IMG/VR virus record: IMGVR_UViG_3300046048_000470
Coordinates: 1 to 57,055 of that record
Strand: one strand, 5' to 3'
Length of the DNA: 57,055 bases
Source of the DNA: a virus
Taxonomy: Duplodnaviria > Caudoviricetes
Position numbers and translations under genes: made by a program. The notes under the pieces were generated by a model that saw only the letters and a list, made by a program, of their open reading frames with translations, searched no databases and was not told the DNA's origin. Shown piece by piece: positions 35,875-46,800 of the stretch; position 1 is the stretch's first letter; every line of letters starts with the position of its first letter.

Positions 35875-37049
35875 CCCGGAGCGACCTCCCCGGCCCAGAC
35901 CTTCAAGTCTCCGAAGTCCTGGACCATGGCCCGCTCGGGATTGTCTGGCACGTAACTGGCGTCACCCACCGGACCGCCAGCGAACGTATGCCACGGGAGC
36001 CACAACGAGAACCCCTCACCGAGCCCGTCGTTCATCGGCTGATCAACCCACCGGAACCCTTCGAGCATCTGGATCTGGTCCCATTCGGGATCTCCGACAA
36101 CGCGGGCCCAGACCTTGACCCAACCGTCAGCGACGCCAGGGGTGCCGTAGTCGAGCGCCACCCTGAACTCGATCGGGACAGCCGGCGCTAAAGCCCACCG
36201 GTCGAAGTAAGCGGTCGCTGTGTACCCGTCGGTGTACTCCGGGCTGTCGACCCGGGCCGGGACCACAACGCCGGCATCGTTCAACTGCCAGCCGGTCACC
36301 TCGTCAGCGTGAGGCGAACCGGTCCGCCATACCAAGGTCATCCGGTCATCGCCCGGGACATCTGGGTCGGTCCAGTTCCACAACCCAGCCCGGATCAGGC
36401 AGAACCGATTCGAGATCTGACCGCCGGCAGGGAACTCCCCGGCGTTGCCCCACACGTAATGACCGAGGGCCGGCCCTTTCGCCGTCCGCCAGCCGTCTGC
36501 TGCTGGCGTGTGGAGCTGCCGGACAAATCCGAACGTGACGGTCTTCATCCGAGGCATGAAAACGTACGGGCGGGCCTCGGCCGTTGACCCGCTCTCCGCG
36601 TGAGCTTCGTCGCTGACGACCCGGATGGCAGGCCTCCCGTCTGGCATCAGAACCGACGTCAGACGGGCCGTGCCCCTCGACCTCATTTGGCTTGGGCCAT
36701 TCCCTTCGGTCAGGGGTTGACCGGTCGGGCCGACGATCAGGTTCGCGGTCGATGGCCCGAAGTAGTCGCCTGCAGGGCAGATGTCGACGCCCGGTGCTGG
36801 CAGGTTGACCGGCCCTGAATACATCGGTGCCGGCTCCGGGCCAGCACCGCCCTCGGGGTCGAGGGCCGCGAGCAACGCCATCAGTTTGCCCTCTGCTGCT
36901 CCGCCGGAATCAGCGAGCGAAGTCAGGTGGCCTGCCATGGCGACCAGGCCGGCCGTCAGGGTGTCGTAAACCGCTCCGGCCGCCGTCAAATTCGATCGGA
37001 CCTCTTCCAGGTCCGCGAGGACCTCGTTGATTTGTTCAGCTGTCGTCAT
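35871..37049 (-). CDS. Coiled-coil plus polysaccharide-lyase (PL14)-like jelly-roll protein
   Basis: TPGVADGWVKVW, K.P.L, AGG, HTFAGG resemble PL14 motifs. Confidence 0.55.
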   Translation of the reverse strand: MTTAEQINEVLADLEEVRSNLTAAGAVYDTLTAGLVAMAGHLTSLADSGGAAEGKLMALLAALDPEGGAGPEPAPMYSGPVNLPAPGVDICPAGDYFGPSTANLIVGPTGQPLTEGNGPSQMRSRGTARLTSVLMPDGRPAIRVVSDEAHAESGSTAEARPYVFMPRMKTVTFGFVRQLHTPAADGWRTAKGPALGHYVWGNAGEFPAGGQISNRFCLIRAGLWNWTDPDVPGDDRMTLVWRTGSPHADEVTGWQLNDAGVVVPARVDSPEYTDGYTATAYFDRWALAPAVPIEFRVALDYGTPGVADGWVKVWARVVGDPEWDQIQMLEGFRWVDQPMNDGLGEGFSLWLPWHTFAGGPVGDASYVPDNPERAMVQDFGDLKVWAGEVAPG

Positions 37050-38362
37050 TTCGCTTGCTCCTCTTCACCCGTTATTTCGAGAATGTCGGCCATCAGATCC
37101 GCGGCTTCCTCAGCCCGCTCGTCCGAGATCGAGTCGATCGGCCAAAGGTCGGCCTTCGTCATCCGAACGGTCACCTTCGCGGCGTCATCCGGGCCGAGCC
37201 CGAGGAACACACGGTGCATGTCCTGCCTTGCACCTACCGGTGTCGGGTCACCAGCCAGGCCAGTTGCCTCTGTGGCGCTCTCCGACGGTTCCGGCGGGAC
37301 ATCCGGGCCAGGAGACGGCTCAGGTGCCGGGGCGGGGCCAGTGTGACGCCGTCCTCGGGTCGGGCCGGCAGCGTTGTTGGCCTTCATGTCAGCGATGACC
37401 GCCAGCTCCTTACGGGCCGCGGCCAACGCCGACGCCGACACCATCGCCGAGAGCCGACCCTTCGAGCTGTCATCAGGGTCGACCAGCCACAACGCCGACG
37501 CGCCGTCACTGTCGTCGACGGTGATCGAGGCGAGCGCGTTCTTGGCCACAACACGGAGGTTCTCCGGGAGCGCTTTGATAGCGCCGATAAGCGCGTCACG
37601 CTCCGACTTGTGTTCGGCCTCGTCTCGGAATCCGTAGCGGATATGCCACGGCTCATCCGGTTCCGCCGCCGGCCCAGCCGAAGCGGTCGATTCCCGCTGC
37701 CCGGCATCGTTGGATTCGAGATCCATCCGAGAGTCGTCAAACGGGATACACAGCAGCATCGTCAGCGCGTACTTCAGCGCGTAGCTGTAGGACGCTCCGA
37801 TGGTGTAGGCGCTCATCCCCGAGGCGTGAGAGAACACTCGGATACGGACGCTCGACGCGTCCACGGCCGACATGAGAATGACGGCCAGTTCAAGCTCCGA
37901 CACCTCTTCGCTCTTCCCGAACGCCTTCAACACGACCGGTGTCCGCTTCATCGGCGACGGGATCAGAGCAATCCGAGCGTGGACCAGAGCGGGCTGTACC
38001 GCCGAGATCACAGCGTCAGCAGACCGGTAGTTCCACTTCCCCGCCTTCGGGACGTTGTGGAGCCCGTCTTTCCCGACCGCGCCGACCGCGGCCATGGCCT
38101 CGACCATCGCCCCGACGATCGCTACCCCACCGTTCACGCCAGGCGTCAACTCCGGCTCATGGCTCCACACCTCCGGCGCCGGAGCCGCCGGCAGGTTGGC
38201 TTCCAACGCGGCCCTACTCGCGATCGCCTCGGCCAGAAGCGCGTCGGCCTGGATTGCTTTGGCCTCCAAGTCGCCGATGACACCGAGAAGCCGCAGCTCC
38301 TCATCGCTGCCCGTCACTGTTTCTTCGTCCGGTTCCCCGAACGGATGTGGTCCGTCACTCAT
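37046..38362 (-). CDS. erf: ERF-family ssDNA-annealing recombinase
   Basis: AVGKDG...NYRSADAVI.AVQPAL...SYALKYAL..LLCIP...D.E. Confidence 0.85.
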   Translation of the reverse strand: MSDGPHPFGEPDEETVTGSDEELRLLGVIGDLEAKAIQADALLAEAIASRAALEANLPAAPAPEVWSHEPELTPGVNGGVAIVGAMVEAMAAVGAVGKDGLHNVPKAGKWNYRSADAVISAVQPALVHARIALIPSPMKRTPVVLKAFGKSEEVSELELAVILMSAVDASSVRIRVFSHASGMSAYTIGASYSYALKYALTMLLCIPFDDSRMDLESNDAGQRESTASAGPAAEPDEPWHIRYGFRDEAEHKSERDALIGAIKALPENLRVVAKNALASITVDDSDGASALWLVDPDDSSKGRLSAMVSASALAAARKELAVIADMKANNAAGPTRGRRHTGPAPAPEPSPGPDVPPEPSESATEATGLAGDPTPVGARQDMHRVFLGLGPDDAAKVTVRMTKADLWPIDSISDERAEEAADLMADILEITGEEEQAK

Positions 38363-38691
38363 GATCTCATCTCGTTTCCGTCAGCGTCGTAGTACTCGAC
38401 CAAGCACTCGGGCTCGATCGCTTCGAGAGCAAACTCCCATGCTTCGTCAGCGAGTTGACGCGCTGTCTGGCCAGGCGCCAGCGGGATCCGATCCGACTCG
38501 TGTTCGACGGGATTCGCTGCGTCGCCGGCTTGTGCCCGGAGCACGTAGAAGACAGCGCCAGGCGGTGGCATTGCCTCCGGCAGGTCGTCACTCACTGGCG
38601 GATAGCCCGGCCCCGATGTTCGACAGCCCGAGTGAGCATCGGATCCGCATCGAGCGCACGAAGCGACATCGGTCTTCTCTGGCTCACTCAT
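38359..38691 (-). CDS. Hypothetical protein
   Basis: Coupled ORF. Confidence 0.6.
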   Translation of the reverse strand: MSEPEKTDVASCARCGSDAHSGCRTSGPGYPPVSDDLPEAMPPPGAVFYVLRAQAGDAANPVEHESDRIPLAPGQTARQLADEAWEFALEAIEPECLVEYYDADGNEMRS

Positions 38692-39052
38692 CTGTGCCCC
38701 CGTTCCCGTCGAGTCCCGACCGGATCTGTTCAGCTGCCGCATCAGAGACCGCCGCGGCGCCGGCCCCTATCAGCCCCTCGGCAACCGGCAACGCTGAATC
38801 GGCCGGCAGGATCAACTTGATCTCTGCCTCTTCGTCAGTTCGGTTCCATCGGCCCTTGACCGTGACAATCACGACCGGTCTCCATGTCTGCTTGTCGGCA
38901 GAGTCGAGCGCCGCTGACGACTCTGAGACAACCTGGCTGACAAGCAACGGCAGATCCCACGGTTCGACCGCTAACTCCGGTGTCAGGCCCGGCTTGTCGG
39001 CCTTGACCTCCCACGATTCCGTTGTGCGCCTGGTCCGCTTCCGACGGGTCAT
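38684..39052 (-). CDS. Hypothetical protein
   Basis: ATGA-coupled; C-terminal part of track ORF. Confidence 0.6.
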   Translation of the reverse strand: MTRRKRTRRTTESWEVKADKPGLTPELAVEPWDLPLLVSQVVSESSAALDSADKQTWRPVVIVTVKGRWNRTDEEAEIKLILPADSALPVAEGLIGAGAAAVSDAAAEQIRSGLDGNGGTDE

Positions 39053-39702
39053 CGCTGTACCCAATGCGACCCCGGCTTGACCTTGCCCGACAGCAGCTCG
39101 ACGTCGACCGGCTCGCCCGTATCTTTCCAGACCAACCGCACCGGCGAGCCAGGCTCCGGACGGGCATCGTCTCCATCGACGTTCGCGACCATCTGTGCGA
39201 GCGCCCCGGCAGCGAACGCGTCCGGTTGGGGGACAAACACCTTCTCCACCAAGCCCTCGTCGACCTCGGCCAGGACGTCGCGCAGCTGCTCTTCCCAACC
39301 GTCGCCGTCGGCCACGGCCAGCGCCCAGCCCCCGTATCGGGTCCGGTACGACCCCGACGGCAGCGACACCGAAGCGGTCCCGCGGTGGAAGGCCTTATGC
39401 CACCCTCGGAGCGCTGCCAGGTGCCACTCGTACGCCCGTTGGTGTTTCGCCGCTGCCTCTTTACGCCGATCGTTGAGTGCCTTCAGCGCACGCTTGTAGC
39501 GGACGTCTTCGGCCTCGGCCGCGGCCTTGACCGCTAGGCCTCGGCGAACGTGCCAGTCGGCCCGGTCATCGGCCGACGCCTGATCGCCGGCGACCTCGGC
39601 GAAGCGGCCATCGCTCTCTGACTCGTAGTACCCGGCATCGAGATCCATCGGCTCATCGCCGTAGACCTCCAGCAGTTCTTCCGCTGAAATCCTGTCTGTC
39701 AT
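39049..39702 (-). CDS. Mu Gam-like host-nuclease inhibitor / DNA end-binding protein
   Basis: ADWHVRR, coiled coil, SVSLPSGSYRTR; lies in recombination cluster. Confidence 0.6.
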   Translation of the reverse strand: MTDRISAEELLEVYGDEPMDLDAGYYESESDGRFAEVAGDQASADDRADWHVRRGLAVKAAAEAEDVRYKRALKALNDRRKEAAAKHQRAYEWHLAALRGWHKAFHRGTASVSLPSGSYRTRYGGWALAVADGDGWEEQLRDVLAEVDEGLVEKVFVPQPDAFAAGALAQMVANVDGDDARPEPGSPVRLVWKDTGEPVDVELLSGKVKPGSHWVQR

Positions 39703-39953
39703 CCTTCTACCTCCCAATCTGTTAGTGATCCGTTGTCGAAAGCGAGATCGTCGAACTGGACGATCTCGGCCAGGTCAGCCTCGTAGCCGTCGGCGAAACC
39801 TTCCGGAACCTCGAACTCCGCCGTGAACCGGCCCGTGAACCGGACCGTGACCCTCTTCGTCGGTTCGTCTTCGCTCGGCTCCCAGGCGTTCTGGTAGCCG
39901 AACTCGACGCCGTCGCCGTCTACCCATACACCGTCGCTGTTTCGTGTAGCCAT
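39699..39953 (-). CDS. Acidic hypothetical protein
   Basis: RBS AGGAGG; starts ATGGCTAC. Confidence 0.7.
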   Translation of the reverse strand: MATRNSDGVWVDGDGVEFGYQNAWEPSEDEPTKRVTVRFTGRFTAEFEVPEGFADGYEADLAEIVQFDDLAFDNGSLTDWEVEG

Positions 39954-39987
39954 TGATGTGGTCCCTCCTGATTTGGTGTCACACCGT

Positions 39988-40020
39988 GAGCCCCGCCGGC
40001 TCGCTGTACCGGCGGGGCTC
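39988..40020. terminator. Hairpin downstream of helicase
   Basis: 12-bp stem gagccccgccgg/ccggcggggctc, no U-tract. Confidence 0.5.
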
Positions 40021-40050
40021 CCGCTGCCTCCAAAGGGGAGAAGGGGAGGG

Positions 40051-41538
40051 CTACCCCTTGGAGACGGGACCGGCCGCAGCCGGGACCTTGCCAGCCAGAT
40101 CGACAAGCGTGTCATCAAGGCATGTCTTCGCTCGGCTCGCCGCGACATACATCAACCGCAACTCAGCCGTTTCGACGTCGGCGCCGCGAGGGAAATCGTC
40201 GAGCAGCCGGACCGATGGCCACTCGCCACCCTTCGACTTGTGAGCGGTCGAGCAGACGACGTCAGCCTGATGGATGTTCCGTGGCTGGATCGTGTCGGCC
40301 AGCATCGCTTTCAGCTTCCGGCCGCCGTACTGGTCGACCAGGTTGACCATGACCTTGAGATCTCTGCCGCCCGGGTCGTGCTCGACGTAATCGAGGACCT
40401 GGCCCCAGTCGTCGAAGCATGCAAGCTCGGGATGGTCCGACCGGCGCCCATCGACCAGTTTCTGCGCCTCGCCAGCAAACCACTCGATCTGCCCGGTACC
40501 GCCCTGGATAGCGACCCGCTTACCGTCGTCCATCTGCCCGAGGGCCGAAGCGACAACAGCGCCATTGGTCCGCCCCAGAATGCAATCAGGGTTCGCCACG
40601 CGCTCGCCGACTGTGCCCGGCTTACCCGCACCGGTCACCTTGACGCCGGCCCCGAGCCGGTCGAGGACCAGGTTCGCCCGTTCAGCGATCTCCGGCCCGA
40701 AACGGAACGACTGGGTCAGCTGGCACCGCTGGTCAACCTTGGCTTGCGCCAAAGCGTCAACCGCGCCAGCCCACTCGTAGATGGCCTGCTGCCGGTCGCC
40801 GACGTAGATCAACTGAGCATGGCCTTGGCCCTCGACCACGGACCGCATGACATCGCTAGCGTCCTGGGCCTCGTCAAACATGATGACGTCAGCATCGATG
40901 TACGGATCTCGTTGAGACCACATCTTCAGGTAGTGGCCGTGCTCGAACCGGAACAGGCCGTCTCGCGGATCCTGCAGATCACGCCAGATCGTCTCGGCCA
41001 GGGTCAGAATCCGGGGTGCGAGCTTGTCGTGGTTCTCCCACTCGCCTGGAGCGTCTATTCCGGGCATCCGGTAGACGTGCCGGTACCCGAGCGACGGGTC
41101 AGCGGTCTGGCAGAACCGGCCAACGGTCGCGACCGCTGCGGTCGCCAACGCCGTCGGCCAGATCTCCTTCGTTTCCTCACCAAGGTCGACGATCACTGGG
41201 GTGTCGAGATCGAGCTTGAGGGCTTGAGCGAGCTGACGGGCCGACAACCGGCGGCTGTCGTTCAACCGTTGCTTGTATTCCTTGCCGACGGCCTGAAACG
41301 CCAGGCCGTGAGCGGTCGAGCAGCGAACGTTACGGGGGAAACTGCCCTTCGAGTCGTCAACGATTTTCCGGTTGAAAGCGACGTACTGGAGAGTCTTCTG
41401 CCGCATCGCTTCAGCGATGAGTCGGAGCGTGCTCGTCTTCCCCGCTCCCGCTAGCGCCTCGATAGCCATGCTGCGACCGGTCGATGCCAGGTCGACCGCA
41501 TGGGCCTGTTCGTCGGTGGGATCAAAGTCTGTAGCCAT
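40051..41538 (-). CDS. UvrD/Rep-like SF1 helicase
   Basis: PTDEQ, ALAGAGKT, DEAQD, VGD.QQAIY, LTQSFRFG, STAHKSKGGEW, YVA.SRAK. Confidence 0.92.
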   Translation of the reverse strand: MATDFDPTDEQAHAVDLASTGRSMAIEALAGAGKTSTLRLIAEAMRQKTLQYVAFNRKIVDDSKGSFPRNVRCSTAHGLAFQAVGKEYKQRLNDSRRLSARQLAQALKLDLDTPVIVDLGEETKEIWPTALATAAVATVGRFCQTADPSLGYRHVYRMPGIDAPGEWENHDKLAPRILTLAETIWRDLQDPRDGLFRFEHGHYLKMWSQRDPYIDADVIMFDEAQDASDVMRSVVEGQGHAQLIYVGDRQQAIYEWAGAVDALAQAKVDQRCQLTQSFRFGPEIAERANLVLDRLGAGVKVTGAGKPGTVGERVANPDCILGRTNGAVVASALGQMDDGKRVAIQGGTGQIEWFAGEAQKLVDGRRSDHPELACFDDWGQVLDYVEHDPGGRDLKVMVNLVDQYGGRKLKAMLADTIQPRNIHQADVVCSTAHKSKGGEWPSVRLLDDFPRGADVETAELRLMYVAASRAKTCLDDTLVDLAGKVPAAAGPVSKG

Positions 41539-41594
41539 AACCACGACCTTACACCGCGTGAACCCCAACCGGCAACCGGGGTTAACGATTTCAG
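41525..41594 (-). repeat. 70-bp stop-promoter-start element, copy 1
   Basis: Identical to 56541..56610; contains upstream TGA, TTGCCG-N18-TAAGGT and ATGGCTACAGACTT. Confidence 0.95.
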
Positions 41595-41854
41595 GTTGTG
41601 GCTGAGTGAGGGCCAGACGAGTCGGGTACCGGGGCCAGGAGATCCGCCACTATCCCCCTAGTCGTCACGCTCGGCAGCTTCGGGCGCTTGATCCCCGCAG
41701 CCCGAGACGACGCGGTCGCCGCCGCCAACCACTGGTCGTCAGTCCACGCCGACACCTGACCTGCCGACACCCCAATCGACCGGGCATACCGGGCGATGTG
41801 ACCGGCCTTGTTCGCCCGGCCTTCTGCCTCGAAATCACGTTCGTTCGTAGCCAT
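41591..41854 (-). CDS. Hypothetical protein
   Basis: Leaderless TAACGT-N6-ATG; starts ATGGCTAC. Confidence 0.7.
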   Translation of the reverse strand: MATNERDFEAEGRANKAGHIARYARSIGVSAGQVSAWTDDQWLAAATASSRAAGIKRPKLPSVTTRGIVADLLAPVPDSSGPHSATT

Positions 41855-41874
41855 CACACCACGTTAGCGACCGG

Positions 41875-42120
41875 TCAGTCAGACACAAGCGGGCCGAAAG
41901 CTACCGGTTGGTCGCCGGACCAGTACAGAACCCTGGTCCCGCGCACCACAGCCGCGGCGGGTACAGAGTCCAGCATCGGCATCGGCCGACCCGAAACGAC
42001 GTAGATCCGGGTCGAGCCAGTCGTCACCTCAATGTTCTGGACGGTCCCAATCAGGAATTGGCCCGATGGTGTCTCGGTCTGGACTCTGCCCTGAATGGCT
42101 TTAGCCAACGACGTCCTCAT
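41875..42120 (-). CDS. Small tail-tip protein
   Basis: GTV....MPMLDS....GTRVL...FG pattern after minor tail genes. Confidence 0.6.
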   Translation of the reverse strand: MRTSLAKAIQGRVQTETPSGQFLIGTVQNIEVTTGSTRIYVVSGRPMPMLDSVPAAAVVRGTRVLYWSGDQPVAFGPLVSD

Positions 42121-42124
42121 GCCG

Positions 42125-43873
42125 TCACAGTAGCTCGACCGACCATGACGAGATCGACGGAGCCGACGACCCCTGAACACCGCCGATCGAATGCATCCCA
42201 GCGAACGCACCGACACGGCGCGTGTCGGTCACGCCAAGCACCTCGGTGCCTTCCCACTCGACCGAGATCGTCGAGCCTTCGCATGCCAGCACAAGAGACC
42301 GATTCGACGGATCCTGACCGGTCGAATACGCAGCCAGTTCAGTGACCTTCGCGCCGGCCTGCCACATCTCCAACCGGATCCGACCCGACGCGTCGACCAC
42401 CGCTGCGTAGCAGTCGAACTGCCCCGACGACCGACCCGCCGGCCCGATCCACTTGCCAGCAGGGACAGCACCGATCTGCGAGTAGACAACGAAATCGGTT
42501 GAACACAAAGGCGTGTTCCAGACCGCCAGCGAAGGTGTCCCGTTGTGCCTGTTGATCGCGGCGCTGTCGTAGATCGCCCACGAGTAAGCAAGCTCGGTCC
42601 ACCTCGGCGAACCAGGCGCATCTTCCAAGTCTTCGAGGTTCTGGTTCGCACGATCGAACGGATCCGACGCGGCAGAGACGCACACCAAACCAGGGTCAGC
42701 CGGGTCGCCGTAACCGATCTGGGGATCCCACACCCCGCGCAGCGTGACCTGCTGCAGCGAACCAGCGTCGATCGGGAGCGCCCCGATCGAGCGGACCCGG
42801 TACAGGCCGTCGGCCCCGAGACCGTCGAGCCACAACGCCACCATGTCCCCGACCCGCATAGCCGGATTCGGTGCGATCTCGATATCGACGAGGGCCGGGC
42901 CGACACCGATCCGGCGCAACCGTGCGTATCCGGCGGTCACCATCTGCGACGGTGAACCAACATGATCCCAGGTCACCGACTCGATTGAGACCTCACCAGG
43001 GCCACCGTAGAAACCGTCCGAACCTGGGTCGGTGTCCCACACCGGGACCGTGAAACTCGATCCGGGCACGAGCAGACCGCCACCCGAGACAAGCACCCCC
43101 TGGGGGGTACGGGTCGACCAGCGCCGAGACCCACTATCGACCGGTAGGCCCCCGCCTTCGACACCGTAGATCCACTGCTCTCCCGCTGATTCAGTTGTCG
43201 GGGGAACCTGCTGCGACAGGATCCGGCCGTCCTCATCAGCGGTCAACTCATGACCCACAGAGCCGAGCAGGATCTGGACTAGCTCACTGATCGGCCGCCC
43301 AGCCGGGAAACTCCCAGCCGCCGGCATCGTCCATCCCGTCTCCGTCAAATCGAAGTCGTCGAGAACGATCGACAGGAGCCTGCCCACAACAGTTTCCACA
43401 AGTTCGCCGTCATCCCAAGGGAACTGGTCGACCAGGTTCGCCCGGATCGGTCGGCCAGGGTCGACAAGGCGCAACTCGATCGGTTCCACGACACCCCGAC
43501 GGTACGTCGCGACCGCTTCGTCGACCAGCAGCGTCGCCTGAGTCCACAGATTCCCGAGGAGCCCCGCACGGATACGGACGAAGTTGCCCGATTCTGGATG
43601 CAACAGCGACCCCGCTCCGTCTGGCACCAACGACACGTCACCGGCCGCGACCCGCAGCGTCATCGTCCGCGACAAAGTCCGGACCGGGTCGAGATCCAAC
43701 GGTGTCCCCCCCGCTGCCCAACGGACAACGCCATTGACGGCATCCGCGTCGCTGGTGGTGGCCAGCAGAGCGCCGGTCGAGTCGACCAGCTCAACAGTCC
43801 GCTCTGTCTCCAAGCTCTGACCGGAACCAATCAGCCCAGTCGCCGCGGTCGTGTAGTCAGTGAACCGGCTCAT
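42125..43873 (-). CDS. Minor tail protein (tail-tip hub-like) with C-terminal beta-sandwich
   Basis: Position; RT.TL...LLHP..., PNPA...GD.V motifs. Confidence 0.7.
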   Translation of the reverse strand: MSRFTDYTTAATGLIGSGQSLETERTVELVDSTGALLATTSDADAVNGVVRWAAGGTPLDLDPVRTLSRTMTLRVAAGDVSLVPDGAGSLLHPESGNFVRIRAGLLGNLWTQATLLVDEAVATYRRGVVEPIELRLVDPGRPIRANLVDQFPWDDGELVETVVGRLLSIVLDDFDLTETGWTMPAAGSFPAGRPISELVQILLGSVGHELTADEDGRILSQQVPPTTESAGEQWIYGVEGGGLPVDSGSRRWSTRTPQGVLVSGGGLLVPGSSFTVPVWDTDPGSDGFYGGPGEVSIESVTWDHVGSPSQMVTAGYARLRRIGVGPALVDIEIAPNPAMRVGDMVALWLDGLGADGLYRVRSIGALPIDAGSLQQVTLRGVWDPQIGYGDPADPGLVCVSAASDPFDRANQNLEDLEDAPGSPRWTELAYSWAIYDSAAINRHNGTPSLAVWNTPLCSTDFVVYSQIGAVPAGKWIGPAGRSSGQFDCYAAVVDASGRIRLEMWQAGAKVTELAAYSTGQDPSNRSLVLACEGSTISVEWEGTEVLGVTDTRRVGAFAGMHSIGGVQGSSAPSISSWSVELL

Positions 43874-46800
43874 TCGGCGACCTCTACCAACGTGAACGAA
43901 TGCTCGAACGCGTCACGGAGACCGGTCGACTCTGCAGCGGTCGGCCGCCACCTCTGCAGCTGCCGCTGCCGATCCGAGGAGAGCCGCATCAGCCACGCTT
44001 CCCCGAGGATCCCGACGACACGGATCGTCAACCCCGAGAAGATGACGGCCTCGACCGCCAGACGCTCCGCTTTCGATCTGGTCCGCAACGTCATCGTCAT
44101 CACCTTGCCGAGCCGTTCCCCGGATGTGACCAGCCCCCCGCCCGGCTCGAAAGCAGCCACAGACGGAACCGGGTCGATCTCGCTGATAGCGGACACCTCG
44201 ACCTGAGTCGACAACGCCGGATCGGATGGGACCACGAACAACCAAGCCACCGGAGTCGTGTCGACACCTGCCGTGCCGATCTGGTCCGGGGCCGATGTCT
44301 CCGTCATCGCTCCATCGTCGAACGCAACGGCATAGGACACCGTTTCAGCGGCCGGAGCGTAGACATCGTCGAGATCATTCGACGACGACGGAGTGACAAC
44401 GAACGGAGATCCCTCGGTCAGCTCCCACGTCGCGCCGCCATCCGTCGACCGTTCGAGCCATGCCCTCGACACCGCCGCCGGGGCCACCGCAGCGACGGTC
44501 ACAGCACCGGTCGCCGGCCCGTAGACCGGTTCTGTTCCCGACTGGTCAGGTGTTGTCGCTGGCGCCCCGGAAACGTCGAAGTTGTCGACCGACCAGGCCG
44601 ACGCGACCAGCAGACTCGACGTGATCGACGACCACGCACGCACCGCTACCGTGCACGCACCTCGGCCGAGAGGCGCCGCGGTGAGCGACAACGACCGGAC
44701 CAGCGACCCTGGCACCCGACCCGACCCGAAAACGATCTCCCCGGTAGCCGGGCCGAGCGGATCAGCCGGCGCCGTCGCCGCATCAGGATCCTGGCTCGAT
44801 CCCTGCACAACCAGAACCTCGTAGTAGGTCTGAGCGAAACCGCCGGCAGACGAGTAATCCCAGGTGATCGGGTCGCCAGGATCATCAGGGCCGACCACGT
44901 TCGAGACGACCGGGCCGCCTTCCTCGTAGCGGACCGTCACGCGTGCCCAGTAGATCCGATGGTTCGACAACGCGGGATGCCGTGAGCTGGAGATCAGAGC
45001 GATCCCGAAACGGTCGTAGTCGTTCAACGATGTTCCGTCGGCCAGGGTCGTCCAGAAGTTCGAGACGACCGTCGTCACGCCGCCCCCAGACTGTGGCGTG
45101 TACCCGACCTGCTGCTCTGCGGCCAGGTGGACCCCGCCGCCAGAGTCGATGCCGACCAGGGCCGCCCGAAGCTGGTTCGGGACCGACGACGAATGAGCGA
45201 GCTCGATCCGTGCGCCAGTGATCACCGCATCAGCTGGGATGCCGTCCAGGTCTACCTCGACGATCTCGAACATGGAGCCAGCGGCCGAAGCGATATCGAT
45301 CCAGTCGGTTGTACCTTCGTCGTCGATGACCGACCACAACGCCGACCCGGCAGAGGAACCAACGAGCGGCTTCAACGCGACAAGGATCGTCGACCACGCC
45401 TGATCGCCCCCGGTCCACGAAGATGACCCGGCAGATGCCGCTGCCGCAGCGACCGGCGGCGACGAAAACACGCCCATCGTCATAGCGTCGCCCAGAGCCT
45501 CGGCCGCCACGGTGTACCCCGCCGGCGCGGTCCCGGCCGATGGAACACCGATGATCTGAGCCCCTGCTTTGGCCTTCGCCAGAACGGCCAGGACCTTCGC
45601 CCCAGACGTCACCGGTGTGACAGACCCGTAGGTGGCGTTCGAGCCCGACCCGTCTGACACCTCGGAGCCGAGCGCCTCGATCAGGTCGGCCGTGTCAGAC
45701 TTGGACGGATCGAGGACAACGAGCACCGCCGCCCATGAATGGTTCCCGTCATGGTCCGACACTCTGACATCGATGGCCGATCCCGCCGTGTAGCCGCTGA
45801 TCAGATGACGGAACACATGCCACTGCGGTTCGTAGGTGTTGTCCCGAGGGATGTTGAACGACGATTCGAGCGTGAAATCTTCGCCGGCAGACCCGACGAC
45901 GACAGTGTCAACAACCATCCCAGCGCCAGCGACACCAGCGGCCACCTCAGTGATCCCGATCGCTCCGTCGGCCGATGTCATCAGCGACTGGTCGGCGCCG
46001 GCCAGGGCGCCAACGAACTCGACAAGGAGCGACGATCCCGGGAGCGGGCCGCCGGTCACAACTACGTTGTTGAGCCCGACCGTCGACAGCGCCTCAAGCG
46101 CAGTCTCAAGCTGAGCTGCAGTCAGGTTGTACGGCAAATCCGCGGCGGTCTGGCCACCGAAGACCAGCGGAAACGTCCCCGACGTCTTAGTCGACTGGAC
46201 AGACTGGACCTCGTTGACTGGGTCAGTGTTGCTTCCCGACACGGTGATTTCTGCCACGTCGGTCAGAGCGTAAGTCGCGTCGAACTCGACCCGGATTGGC
46301 GCTGTTTGGAGCGGGCCGCCGGTCACAACTACGTCGCCCGGGGCGATGTTCGACAGCGCCTCAAGCGCAGTTTGGATCGTGGCCGCCGACGCGGTATCAG
46401 CTATCGACCCGGTCGTTTGCCCGGAGAAGGTCAGAGTCCGAGATCCTGAACCGCTGAAAGCTGTCAGTAGTTGGACCTCGTTGAGCGCCGCCAAGGCCAC
46501 ATCGCCAGTGGCCAGCGCTGCCGTTGCTGTCTCGTCTGACACAGCAACGAAGACAACCACCGGGACTTCAGACGTCGCGGCCGGTCGGAGCACATCGATC
46601 GCTGCGTACTCGTTGGAGAAGTTGAGCCCAGTCATCGCCGGAGGGTTGAAGCTCCCCGCAGCCTGGTCCTGGAGCATCGCCGAAACCTGCGGATTCCGGT
46701 ATCCGCTGTTCAGCTTCGCGCTGTTCAACACTTCCGGCCAGCCCGACGGAGCGACAGGGATCGTGTACCCCGCTGACACCGCGTCGCCGCCAGCTGTCAT

